Origin: Felis catus
Taxonomy: Eukaryota
Assembly (NCBI RefSeq): GCF_018350175.1
Contig: NC_058368.1
Span: 161,388,001-161,452,000, forward strand
Length of the DNA stretch: 64,000 nucleotides
Direction: 5' to 3'
The notes beneath the pieces were generated by a model, which made no database searches, was not told the origin of the DNA, and saw nothing but the letters and a program-made list of their open reading frames with translations. Both the position numbers and the translations under genes were made by a program. Positions 51,916 through 64,000 of this stretch are shown here, piece by piece. The number at the start of each line of letters is the position of its first letter. The stretch's first letter is position 1.

Positions 51916-52394
51916 TCAAGTATGTAATTTTTAAAACCCTAAATTTGCTTCTTAGCTACTTCTATTCTGCTTCATTAAATTTAGTATATATGTCTTCATT
52001 ACATTTGTGCTCAATGTTACTTGACCACAAAATATTTTTTTCATATTAACATCACTATATCAGAATTAGAAAGTAGATTTGATATATAAGTATTTAACCA
52101 GAAACACTCATTAAGAAGGTCTTATTCAGTTACCAATTTGAAAATAGTTCTAATTCCTAAAACACTACTTTCACTGTGAAACATATTATCAGAATAAACA
52201 CTAAGAGTATTCAAAGTAAATAGAATATAAGAGTATGTCAAAGTACTAATGTTTATTTTAGATAAAAATTGGTAATGTTACGTTTAGTCTGTACTTTATC
52301 CATTTAAAGGGTACTATGCAACTTTGTCATTATTTAAATGATAAAAGTAATAATTAATAAAAGGTAATAAAAGAGAGCCTTAAGGTTTTTTGGG

Positions 52395-52605
52395 TTTTTT
52401 TTTTAATGTTTATTTATTTTTGAGAGAGACAGACACAGAGTGTGAGCAGGGGAGGGGTAGAGATGGGGAGACACAGAATCTGAAGCAGGCTCCAGGCTCT
52501 GAGCTGTCAGCACAGAGACTGATGTGGGACTCAAACTCATGATTAGTGGGATCATGATCTGAGCTGAAGTCGGATGCTCAACCAACTGAGCCACCCAGAT
52601 GCCCC
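52395..52605 (-). mobile_element. CAN-SINE
   Basis: Antisense consensus. Confidence 0.92.
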
Positions 52606-52721
52606 TATTGTTTTTATTGTTGTTGTTGTTGTATGTTTTTTTCTGTGGACATTGAGCCTTAGAAGAAAATTTGCCTTGCTCCATTAATTAGACATCACAA
52701 TGTGCATAAGAACATGAGTTA

Positions 52722-52933
52722 TTTTTATTTATTTTTTAATGTTTATTTTTTTTTTTAGAGAGAGAGTGTGAGCAGGGGAGGGGCAGAGAGAGAGGGAGAC
52801 ACAGAATCCAAAGCAGGCTCTAGGCTCTGAGCTGTCAGCACAAAGCCCGACACAGCGCTTGAACCCACAAACCGTGAGATCATGACCTGAGCCAGAGTCA
52901 GACACTCAACCGACTGAGCCACCCAGGTGTCCC
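52722..52933 (-). mobile_element. CAN-SINE
   Basis: Antisense; TSD aagaacatga(g/a)ttattt. Confidence 0.92.
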
Positions 52934-53021
52934 AAGAACATGAATTATTTGTATGTTATTTTAACAAATGTTATGTAACATCAGGTTTTTTGGTAATGCC
53001 CTTTCTCATCTCATTGCATGA

Positions 53022-53195
53022 TCTGGAGTTATCCTATTTAATTTGATAGCTACTAACCACATGTGACTCGTACATTTGAATTTGACTAGTGTGACTAAGA
53101 AACTGAAGTTTTAATTTTACTGGATTTTAACTAATTGAAATTACAGTTAAATTGCCAGATGTGACTAGTGGCTGTTGGACAGAACAGACCTAGAG
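53022..53195. mobile_element. MER3/MER33-like hAT element
   Basis: tagctactaaccacatgtgact...tgactagtgtgactaagaaactgaa...atgtgactagtggct..tggacag. Confidence 0.55.
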
Positions 53196-53585
53196 CAAAA
53201 ATGTTTGCTTGATCTGGTTTAAATTAATTCTATTAAATGAACACTTCTACAACAGTTAAATCACAAATTTCTGTCCATATAGCAGTTGATCCATTTAATG
53301 AAATGCTTGCTGCTTTTGTTCAGGATTTATACCCCGCTGTGACTGTTTGGATTGTAGTCCCTCTAAGTTGAGATAGACAGATATGGGAGGCAGAGCATAG
53401 CTACCCCATGAGGCTGATGTGCCTGAATGGGGTTAAAGACAATATAGGGACAAAGACCTCAAGTTTATGGACAGAAAAGTTATAAACACAATTATTAAGT
53501 CATTAACCTTTCCTAGTGTTCTCAGATATTATTCATTCTTCCAGATCCATAGATACTGTATCTTCTTTAAAAGAATTTGGGAGGA

Positions 53586-53816
53586 GGGGCGCCTGGGTGG
53601 CGCAGTCGGTTAAGTGTCCGACTTCAGCCAGGTCACGATCTCGCGGTCCGTGAGTTCGAGCCCCGTGTCGGGCTCTGGGCTGATGGCTCAGAGCCTGGAG
53701 CCTGTTTCTGATTCTGTGTCTCCCTCTCTCTCTGCCCCTCCCCCGTTCATGCTCTGTCTCTTTCGGTCTCAAAAATAAATAAAAACATTAAAAAAAAAAT
53801 TTAAAAAATAAAAAAT
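53586..53816 (+). mobile_element. Young Felis-type CAN-SINE
   Basis: Near consensus; TSD aaaagaatttggga. Confidence 0.95.
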
Positions 53817-54144
53817 AAAAGAATTTGGGACGAAAAACAAAAACAGGCATCTAATATTTGCAAATTTATTTAAATGAATAAAGAGTAACAATACTCTTGG
53901 CTGCACTAAGACATTTTTTTTAACTTGATTTGGATTTGTAGCTGTTTTGATAGTTTAAGATTTTCTGAGGTAGCTTTTAAGTTGGCCTTGAAAATAATGA
54001 CTTTTTTTTATTATTGCATCATTTTGTAATATGAAGAGACAAAACATTCTTGAGGTTTGAAAAGTACTCAAACTGAGGTTTCCATAAAAATTATTAAAAA
54101 CTGCACAGTTGCTTTACCTCATAGAAGAGCATGGTGGTTTTTTT

Positions 54145-54362
54145 TATTGTGTTAAGAATACATGAGCTCTACTTTCTTAAATTTTTAGGTACACAATGCA
54201 ATATTATTAACTATAGGTGCAACGCTTTATGACAAATATCTAGAACTTACTCGTCTTGCATAACTGAAATTTTATACCCATAGAATAGCAATTCTGCATT
54301 TCATTCTCCCTCAGCCCCCAACAACCACCATTCTGCTCTCTGCTTCTCTATGATTGACTATT
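54145..54362 (-). mobile_element. L1MA-like 3' end fragment
   Basis: tacacaatgcaatattattaactata...tctagaacttactc.tcttgcataactgaaattttataccc. Confidence 0.65.
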
Positions 54363-55366
54363 TTCTACAACTTTTTACTTTTCCCTATTTTAATAAAGAA
54401 CATAAAATAGCAGAAGTTTTTCTGAATTCAAGAGTTTCTGTCATGTCATAAGAAATCTGTAGTAGTTGGCTCCTGACATTGACTCAATGGCTGTTTGATC
54501 AGAGTCTAAATTTATGCACTTTTCTCCAGCCTTTCCTCATGCTTGTCTTATCCTGGTTATATGACTGCTGTAATTTCAGCCACCACATCTGTGTTTCGGG
54601 TAACAAGAGGGTGGTAGGCAAGAACCCACCCCACCTCAGCCTCTTTATCAGAAAGTCAAAATTTCTCAACTACATTCTTCCCAATACACCTCCACCCCCT
54701 TTTACTAGCAAAAACAAAGACAAAAATGAGTCAATATTTTTATCAGCAAACAAAAAGTAGATTAGTGTTAAATACACAGCTTATAATATGTCACCCTAAC
54801 TATTCAAGATGTTTTCTGAAGGTTAAATTTGGCAGCTAGTAAGAGAAATATTTGGGTTTGGAGGTCACAGAATGAATGTATGTGTTTTAAGGAATTACCG
54901 TTCACGAGTAGCTGTTTTGCAGAGCAGTATGAGTAGGAATCCAATGTAAACAGAGTAGCTTTTTGTGTATGTGTGTGCAGTGGGAATTCTGTCAATAGAA
55001 CGATAGAGCAGCTAATCTAATCTGATATAATCTTTAAACTTCTGTGACTAAATCCTCATGACTGAGGAGTGCTGTGGTAAAATAAGGAGCAACAGAATAT
55101 GATTATGTAGACTGAAATGCTTCTTGAGCTTCTGTCATTGATAACTGAATCTCCTTAATTCTGTTTCTTGAATCTTGGCTTTTCTTCCTTACCATGTCAC
55201 CTGACAAATAGTGTGATTGGTCTGCATCTCTCAACTCTTTCCCAGCTCTTGGACTCTTATTATAATAGTTTTCTGTTTTCATCCTGAAGGTTTCCATAAA
55301 AAGACATCCTTAAATTCTTGGAAACTGTTTTATCTCATTCTTTTTTAAAAAGCTTTAATAAGCAGA

Positions 55367-55866
55367 TTTTTTTTGTTTATTTATTTATTTTTGAGGAGAG
55401 AGAGCATGAACAGGGGAGGGGCAGAGGGAGAGAGAGGGAGAAAGAGAATCTCAAGCAGGCTCCACAGTGTCAATGCAGAGGCTAATGCAGGGCTCGAATT
55501 CACGAACTATGAGATCATGACCTGAGCCGAAACCAAGAGTCAGATGTTTAACCGACTGAGCCACCCAGGTGCCCCTGTTTTATCCCATTTTCTTTACTTT
55601 TTTTTTATTTTTTTAAATTTTTTTAAAATTAAGTTTATGTCTTTATTTTGAGGGAGAGAGAGAGTGAGCAAGTGGGGAAGGGGCAGGGGGAGCAAGAGAG
55701 AGAGGGGGAGAGGGTGGGAGAAAGAGAGAGAGAAAGAGAGAGAGAGAACCCCAAGCAGGCTCCTCATTACTAGTGCAGAGCCCACTGCGGGGCTTGAACT
55801 CATGAACCAGATCATGACCTGACCTGAAGTTGGATGCTTAACTGACTGAGCTACCCAGGCATCCCT
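55367..55866 (-). mobile_element. Two antisense CAN-SINEs (55367-55575, 55595-55866)
   Basis: Antisense consensus; ctgttttat.c.attct occurs three times. Confidence 0.9.
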
Positions 55867-56506
55867 GTTTTATACCATTCTTAAGAAGAAGAACTTATCC
55901 AGTAAATAATTGACCAAGATGGTATTAGAATTCAGACTTCCTTTCTAGGCCAGGTTTTTTGTCCTCTGAGTGATTTCTGCCCTTTATTTGTGGTTCTATA
56001 TCAAGAGCAGGGAATAATGTTTATTATTTTTCTCTTTTTTTCTTTTTTGTCATCACCATCTTCCCCAGTATCAAGCATTCTTTCTGGCAGATAATAGCTC
56101 GGTATATGTTTGGTGATGTATTTAAGTACTAAACTTAGCACACATAGCTGAATAGGTTGCAGGCCCTATTTTAAATAAATCAAAGCATTAAGTATTATGG
56201 TCACTCCTGTTTTCACATGAGACTATATATTTGAAATAGATTTGCCTGTACTTCTTCTACATGTCACTACCATATAAAATCTCTTTGGAAATATTAGAAT
56301 TATAATTCGAAAGATAGGGTCTGATTTAATTAATATAGGCAAAATAATCGTTTGTTTTATTCAGTGCCATTCATTGCAATTCCCTTACATTAAATACTTT
56401 CATTACCTTCCTGCCAGGCTAAATCTTTGGGGATATTTTAAAATGTGTTCAAGTTTATTCCGGGATGAACATTTACAGTTTTTGTTTTTGTTTTGTTTTT
56501 TTGCAG

Positions 56507-56510
56507 ATAA
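56507..56510 (+). CDS. FAM174A: FAM174A exon 3 coding part (last base of Arg codon plus TAA stop)
   Basis: Long T-rich tract ending ttgcag|ATAA. AG+A gives Arg, then TAA. Total CDS 440+135+4 = 579 nt = 192 aa. Confidence 0.85.
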
Positions 56511-57160
56511 GAATGTGCCTTTTGATGAAAGGACTTCATCTTTCTACAATGAAGAGCAGAATTTCTATGTTTAAGGAATAAGAAGCCACTTTATCACTAG
56601 GGGCGGGGTATTTAAGTTATATATATTATAACAACCTTTAATTTGTTTTTGCAATAAATACTGTATCATTTTGTTATGTCTTTGAATGTACAGAAGTGCT
56701 CTTAATGGGCTCACAGTTGTTGGGAGTGAACTGCACTATAGTAGAAATCTGTGTGAAAATTACTTTAAAGCAGGGTGTTTTCTGATCAGTTATTGTTTCT
56801 TGCTTACCATATTGTTGTAAACAGTTTTATATATTAATCAGTTAATGTTTTGTTTTGTTGTGGGTTTTGGGGGGGACTTTTTGTTTTGGGGAGGATTTTT
56901 GCCTTTTTTTTTTTTCTTGATAAAACTATAAATCCCAACAACCAACTGGTGTGTAAAAATAATTTAAAATTTCTTTACCAAGATGTATTTCCCATTTTTT
57001 GGGGGAAAAAGAAGCCAAATTTATTACTTTGCATTTGTGTTTTTTTGTAAATTAATAAATGTCTGAGTTGTTTGCAAAACAAGAAATGATGTAAAAATTC
57101 TTTTAACATTGTACAGACAGAATATGTTTACAGAATAAATCCAAAGACTATAGAATTATA
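56511..57160 (+). other. FAM174A: FAM174A 3' UTR with candidate polyadenylation signals
   Basis: Repeat-free U/AU-rich sequence after the stop; AATAAA at 56653-56658, 57054-57059 and 57134-57139. 3' end approximate. Confidence 0.7.
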
Positions 57161-58399
57161 TATTAATATATACATATTATATGGTTTCTAGAAAAATCTT
57201 TCAAAAAAGATTATTTTATTGAGCAACTTGTTAAGATACCTTCTTTGATTAGATATTTTAGAAAAATGTGAATTTCAAGGCCATTTTATTTATTTACAGT
57301 ATTGTGAAAGATAGAAGTAATGACAAAACATTCCAGTCATATATTTTGGTGCAGGAGAAAAAGGAATTAAAGTAAGTGCATAAACTTTGGAGTCAGACAG
57401 ACCTGAATACAGAGACTGACTTTATTAACTCTAAGCTATTTAACCCTGTTGGGCTTCAGTTTTCCACATTCTAAAACTTAGAAAGGAACTTACAGGAAAA
57501 GCATGGGTCACAAATTTAGTTGCTGATAGAGGCCAGGGAGGTAATTTAAATATGTGTCTGTCTATCAGTATAGTCTAAGTTGTTTAGTAGTAACAGATGG
57601 TCCCCAGATCACAGTGGGTTACAACAAAGATTGCTGCCCGTTTGTTATGGACTGTGATTCTACTCTTCCGTTGTCTTTTCTTCAGGGTCAATGCTGATGG
57701 AGAAACCTCTGCCTGGAATAATGCCTCGTAGCTAAATGTCCAGATGTGGTGAACTACATGCTAGTTCATAAGCTTCTGCCCTAAAGTGATATATTTCATT
57801 TCCATCTACATTTTATTGGCCAAAACACACCCTAAGGCTACTCCAGAGTTCAACAAGGCAAGGATAGGTAATCCTCTAGCAATGAGGTAAGTTGGAGTAT
57901 TTGGCCACCTGAAATGCCAACTTAGTTTTATCAAGTATGTTAACTGGCTTAAATTAACTACAATAAGTCTAGTCCCCCTGATGTCACTGTATTTTTATAT
58001 GTTGTCTAAGTAGGAACTTAAAAGTGAAAATACATTTTCTCTTCTGAAGGGAGCAGCCTCAGTTTAGCTCCCACCAATAGTTACCATGAGGAAACACTCG
58101 CCCAGTACTACGAACTCATAGTTTTCTAAGAGAAGCCAAGGATCCAGATTTCTTATATAAACTTTCTTCATTTTTAAATGTAGTTAAAAACATAATATTG
58201 GATTTAATTTTAGCCCCCTACCTACCATTTTGTGATATTTGAAAATCATATACTATAGTATCTTAGAAATAGTAATAATTAATTTACTAATTGCTGTTAT
58301 TTATAAACTGACTTTTGAATTAAAACTAAATGGAGGTAAAAATCAAATCTGCCTGAAGAATAATGTTTAAGATGAAGTAAAGATAATTTTAATAAATGA

Positions 58400-58905
58400 T
58401 CTCCAAATAGGTTTAGAATTTTTTTTTTTAATGTTTATTTATTTTTGAGAGAGAGGGAGAGAAGGAGAGAGAGACAGAACACAAGAAGGGGAGGGGCAGA
58501 GAGAGAGAGGGGGAGACATAGAATCTGAAGTAGGCTCCAGGCTCCGAGCTGTCAGCACAGAGTCTTACTCCGGTCTTGATCTCACAAACCACGAGATCAT
58601 GACTTGAGCTGAAGTCAGACGTTTAACTGACTGAGCCACCCAAGCACCCCTCTAAGTTAGGTTTAAAAAAGGTGTTACTGGGGCGCCTGGGTGGCTCAGT
58701 CGGTTGAGTGTCCGACTTCAGCTCAGGTCATGATCTCACACTCCATGAGTTCGAGCCGCGTGTCAGGCCCTGTGCTGACGGCTCAGAGCCTGGAGCCCAC
58801 TTCAGATTCTGTCTCTCCCCTGTCTCTGCCCCTCCCCTGCTCATGCTCTGTCTCTCTCTGTCTCAAAAATACATAAAAACATTAAAAAATAATTAAAAAC
58901 AAATT
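58400..58905. mobile_element. Head-to-head CAN-SINE pair (- 58400-58650, + 58680-58905)
   Basis: Opposite orientations 30 bp apart; the sense copy has TSD aaaaaaggtgttactg. Confidence 0.92.
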
Positions 58906-61582
58906 AAAAAAGGTGTTACTGAAATGTTTGGGCAGCAGCAACTTTATTAGAAATACACAAATTCTCTAAGTGACTACTTTAAAGAGAATATCCTTCAACT
59001 GAATATGGGAATTCTGGCATGTTTGTTAGAAATGCTCTTATTTCATTATATTTATATAATCATTACTGAACTGCAAATCTGTTAAATAGTAATCATAATA
59101 AGCCACACTTTGATTAAAGTGCCAGATAGTATGCCGGATTTTAGCTTCATTGGATATGTAACAAGCATGCTGATAAAATGGTTAGGATTTTCATCTATAA
59201 AGTTATGTGTACATTATAAAATACCTGGTGATATCTTAGATGTTGTGAAAACCTGTTACTATTCTCCTTTCTCATTTTTTTTACTTATTTGTGGCTATAA
59301 TTTGTTGGTAAGAACCTACCCTAGGAATTAGAGATCAATGGAAAGTAGTATAATTGTGGTCATAGTTTAGGACTAGAGTAAATTAGAGAAAACATGGGTT
59401 TGGGGTAATTTATAGATGTCATACACTTCAACTGATCATTCACCGCATGGGGCTAGAAAATTAAGTAGCTTCTCTGTGCCTAATTTCTTATAATTATCAG
59501 GTAGACAGTCACTACAATACAGTGAAGACATGCTGTTGGGCTTGGTACTCAAACCACACCGAGTCAGCTCACAGGTGGTTACTGGGTTTAGTTGCCTCAC
59601 TGAAGGTATAGTCTGTGACCCTGTATCACCTATCCTTTTTTTTTTTTTTTTTTTTTTTGGTCCTTTGTTTTTTTTTTCTTTTGGTCCTTTTTAACTTTAT
59701 TCCTTTTTACTTATGTAGTATAGTTTTACCTAATTTGCCTCTCTAAGTGAAACAATAAAGGAAAGATAGTTTGTTTTTTTTCTTATGTTGGAATGTAAAA
59801 AGAACTTAGAAAAAAAGGATTGAAGGGATGAATGTAGCGAAAGAAGCCATTCCATAAATATTTAAAATACTTATTTCCCTGAATATTTCTCTGGCTACCC
59901 CACCAAAGCTATCCCAGTCAGTAATGACTTTTATGAACAGTTTCAGTGACTTGTAAGAATCAAGCAAAAATTATTCTCAATATAGATGCTATGCTTGATT
60001 TAGTAAGATAGATGTTTGATATTTTCTCATTTTACACTATCAGTTCCTATATCAGAAGTTGAACATTTTAAATCCACAGACGTCAATATATTTTACCTGC
60101 CCATGGGAATAGCCTGTTACAAAGCAAGAGATAAAGATAGAGGGAAGAAATTAGGGGAGGAATCCTCCCCAAAGCTTTCATGACTAGCTCATTGAGAAAC
60201 CTTGAATGCTGTGTGTTCCATTAAAAGATCCCATTATAAAGCCACAGTATAGGATGTATTGGCAGGTGTCTGGCTCTGATTTTTTTTTTCTTTTCATCTC
60301 ACTCTAAATATGTTTTTATTTGTATTTCTCTCCATTCTTACTATACAGGTTCTTTCAGTACCCATGCTATGTCATCCAAGAATAAAACAAAATCACTCAG
60401 ATTGCTTTTGTTAAATAGGCATTTGAAGTAAAGTAAGCCGAACATCTCTGATAGCTATTGTTCTTAATCTGCCAGTGTCCTTTTTGAAGCAGCCTTAGTC
60501 TCCACCTATTGTTATTACCTAAGAAGGATTAGGTGTTCACTTCATCCTTTGACTCTGCTCACCTCCTTGCCTGAAGAAAGTTCTTGACATAGAGTGCAGC
60601 TTGTGTTTTGTTTTGTTTTTGTTTTGTTTTTAAATCCTTTATCTCCAAATCAGGAAGGGTAGCAGTCTTTAAGCTTCAGACTTTAGTTCTTATCCCCTTG
60701 TTTTATGTATTTTTCCCATTCAGTCTGTTGCAATTCTTCATCTGTTCAGGATCTAATCTCCTAAAATTCTCGAACCGCATTTTACTCAGTAAGCTGATAA
60801 ACTATTACGAGCTAATAGCTTCTCATGGGTTAATTAGCTAAATTTTAAATAGACTAGTACCAGTGTGGTCAGGGAGGTCCAGGAAGCCTGTAGATTTACT
60901 TGTTTCCAAGCAACAGGCATGTGACCTTTGTCAGAGGGTTTATCAGATTTGCAATACACCACACCCATGCTATGGGTTAAACAAATCCTAAAATCTAAGG
61001 TAAAATCAATAGGTGCAGTCTTTCACAAAAGATAAATTCTGCATTTTTTTTTTTTCCTTGAAATATGGCAAGCTAGGCTCCAAAAGTAGGCATCCCAATT
61101 CTTTGGCTTAACCTTTTAATATGGATGCGCGAATTTTATTTCATAATATTCCGTAATTTTGTTTTCTCTCTGTGGTAAAATAGACTTTGATAGATAGGGG
61201 TTGATTAATCAAGCTTGTTTCTGGCATCCATAGGAACCCACTGGTTACTGCTGCTGAATTAGTATGCTGTCAAGCAAACGCACCTACTCTGGGTATCTGT
61301 TCACAGTTTAGTTTACTTTTAATTTGTTTATGATGCACATGGTTTTAAAAAGACAATTGTATCTCGGGATCTGAAGGCCAGAACTGTTAGCAGGACCAAA
61401 GGGGGTCTCTTCCTAGAAGTATTAAAGAGCAAGAAGATTTCTTTTCTGCAGGAAGTGTGATGGTTCCTGGCCTATGGGAAAAAAAAAATATTTTAAGTAT
61501 ACATTTGCTGGTTCCACACTGAAGAATTCATGTTATATTGGCACTGGGAGTGGCTTAAGCATCTGTACAGTTAGAAAGCTAA

Positions 61583-61938
61583 AGGGTGCCTGGGTGGCTC
61601 AGTCAGTTAAGCAGCTGACTTCGGCTCAGGTCGTGATCTGGTGGTTCATGAGTTAGAGCCCTGTGACAGGCTCTGCGCTGTCCCTGCTCATGCTCTCTGC
61701 CCCATCCCTGCTCTCTGCCCCGTCCCTGCTCTCGCTCTGTCTCTGCCTCTCTCCCTCTCTCAAAAATAAATAAACATTAAAAAAAAAAAATTAAAATAAA
61801 GCTACATGAGCTGGGGCTCCTGGGTGGCTCACTGTATTAAGTGCCCAACTCTGGATTTCCACTCAGATTATGATCTGGCGGTTCATGAGATCGAGCCCCG
61901 CCTCATTCTCTGCACTGACAGTGTGGAGCCTGCTTGAG

Positions 61939-61988
<50 letters not shown>

Positions 61989-62060
61989 CCTCCTCCTCCC
62001 CTGCTCACACTCTCTCTCAAAATAAAGAAACTAAAAAGAAAAAAGAAAAAAAAATAAAGA
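61583..62060 (+). mobile_element. Two tandem sense CAN-SINEs
   Basis: 61583-61800 and 61812-62060; the second has TSD aaagctacatgagc. Confidence 0.9.
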
Positions 62061-63193
62061 AAGCTACATGAGCAATTCTTTTGTAAACTCAGATTGAGAT
62101 CCTTTTCCAGTCTAACGATGAATCACATTGTGATTGAAAACAGAGCTTCAGAGTCTAACAGATCTTGTACTGAATTCTGGTTCCATCATTTTCCTCTTAG
62201 TAACTCCAGTATTTCTTTTTTCACTGTCTCCTATTTTCCACATAAAACTAATAGTTCATAGTAACTGAACGACTAGTGTGCTAAATGCTTTAGGTTTGTT
62301 AATACATTCAATTCTCATACTAACTCTTTGAGAGAGAGATTATTATCCTCATTTTGCAGATAAGGATACTAAGGCTTAGAAAGATTGGAAAATTTGTTTC
62401 AAATCCAAGAGCTAGAAAGTAGCAGAACGGTCTACTGAATATAAGTTCAAGAAATTTGTTTTTACTAATGTAAATCTCACTTTGTTTCCAAAGAAAGGAT
62501 TAGGTTGTTTGTAAATGTACATACAACAAAAAGATAAAATCAATTTGCAGAGGTGAGAAAATTGAGATACAGGGAAGGAATAGGTAGGAAAATAAGGTCA
62601 TGCTATGATTTTATTATCTCATGTCTATGCTATGAAATTCCATACCTTGCTATAAGTGTGCCATTAATGTCACTGAAGAGGATGGTAAAGCTATTCAGTT
62701 ACTGCTAGTACAGGGACTAGAAGGAAATTTCTTTTCCTGGGTTCTTAAGTAGTAATATAATGAAGGTCCTCTGATAACTCTTTCTTCAACATGTTTATGA
62801 TAAACTCACAAAATATGCCATGCACATCTTTTAAAATGTCTTTTAATATAGACTGTAGGCATCACACTCTGATATAATTCAGTAAAATTAATTTCACAGG
62901 AAATCAAAATAATCCTGTTTTTTATGCAACTATCTACTGATTTATACTAACGGGAAGGTAAGTCTTAATGTTGTCTAAGTCAGCCTTTACCAAAATATTC
63001 TTTAAAAAAACCTATAAAAGGAATCACTTCTTCAACATGTGTTTGCTTTTCCTCCTCTCTTTCTCCTTTTGTTTGTAGTTCTCTTTACTTTTAGGTTTCT
63101 CTTAGATCTTCTCCTCTTCATACTTTGATCTGTCCTTAGGCTATAAGCATAAGTTTGGCATAACTACTCATGACTTCACTTACCATACAGACA

Positions 63194-63389
63194 GTGTCAA
63201 ATCAAAAATTGCACCAGGCAAGGAAGACTTCATTCAAAGCTGTTACAATAGTGGACAGAATATTAGGGCGCCTGGGTGGTTCAGTCAGTTGAGCATTCAG
63301 CTCTTAGTTTCGGCTCAAATCATGATCCCAGGGTCATGGGAATGAGGCCCATGTTGGGCTCCACACTGCATGTGGAGCCTGCTTGAGAT

Positions 63390-63454
<65 letters not shown>

Positions 63455-64000
63455 TCCCCCCACTATCCCTCCTTCTCCCTGTCTTCCTCTCTCCCCCTCT
63501 GTCCCTGCCCTCCCCAAATAATAAATAATTAGTTAAAAAGAGAAGAATAGAGGCCAGAACAGAATGTAAAGTCCACTGAAACAAAGATCAGAAGGGTTCT
63601 TAAGCCCTAAAGTACTAGAGGATGTTGGTAAAGTTACAGGCCATATACTTTTACTAATTGACTTTATCCAAATGGAAAATAAACTTGTCATATCGTTATG
63701 ATGATAGTTTTGCAACTTGACCCCAGAAAAGTTGGGCTCCTGCTCTCCCACAAGAACTGGGAGATAAGGGTACTATCTCCCTTGATGTTTACTTATGCTT
63801 CCAACAGATTGTTCCCAAGTCCCTAAGAAAGACATTCTGGGTTGTAAAACTGTCAGGAGGTTACAAGAAAAAAAAAAAAAAAAAAGATTTACATCTCAAA
63901 GGGGCAGAGAGAGAATTTACAATTATGTTTTCTCAAATAAATAAATAAACAAAAAGGTAGGTAAGGAATCATGAGTTAGGAAGAAGTTTTCATTTTAGTC
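63194..64000 (-). mobile_element. ERV1 (MER4-group-like) LTR interrupted by a CAN-SINE
   Basis: Same family motifs as 18255-18710. Starts tgtcaaatcaaaaattgcaccaggcaaggaagacttcattcaa and is split by the SINE at 63266-63535. Confidence 0.6.
63266..63535 (+). mobile_element. CAN-SINE with long (CT)n
   Basis: Sense consensus. Confidence 0.9.

Noticed and set aside
7980..63535. tRNA-like A/B box sequences
   Set aside because: These are the tRNA-derived heads of CAN-SINEs, not tRNA genes.
25664..63584. Many similar 60-118 aa ORFs (AQSVK..TSAQVMIS..; ETEHERGRGRERG..)
   Set aside because: Translations of CAN-SINE copies.
1..64000. CRISPR arrays, operons or prokaryotic defence systems
   Set aside because: The sequence is mammalian; the only regular repeats are microsatellites and dispersed retroelements, with no repeat-spacer structure.

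Overview
Mammalian genomic DNA from a felid, judged from Felis-type CAN-SINEs and carnivore L1s. It is AT-rich and repeat-dense. It holds one complete protein-coding gene on the + strand, FAM174A (TMEM157): a CpG-island promoter at ~18.9-19.7 kb and coding exons 19212-19651, 42359-42493 and 56507-56510, giving a 192-aa type I membrane protein. The rest is mostly CAN-SINEs (~30), L1 pieces, MaLR/ERV LTRs, hAT DNA-transposon relics and microsatellites. The most unexpected signal is on the - strand upstream of FAM174A (113-15356): a chain of exon-sized segments bounded by canonical AG/GT splice sites, with protein-like but stop-riddled frames, some cut by L1 insertions. A consensus antisense splice donor also sits in the FAM174A promoter. 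I read this as the decayed remnant of a multi-exon gene arranged head-to-head with FAM174A; I cannot name it, and the call is inference until tested by alignment. There are no prokaryotic systems, CRISPR arrays or RNA genes. Repeat subfamily names are from memory and repeat boundaries are approximate.
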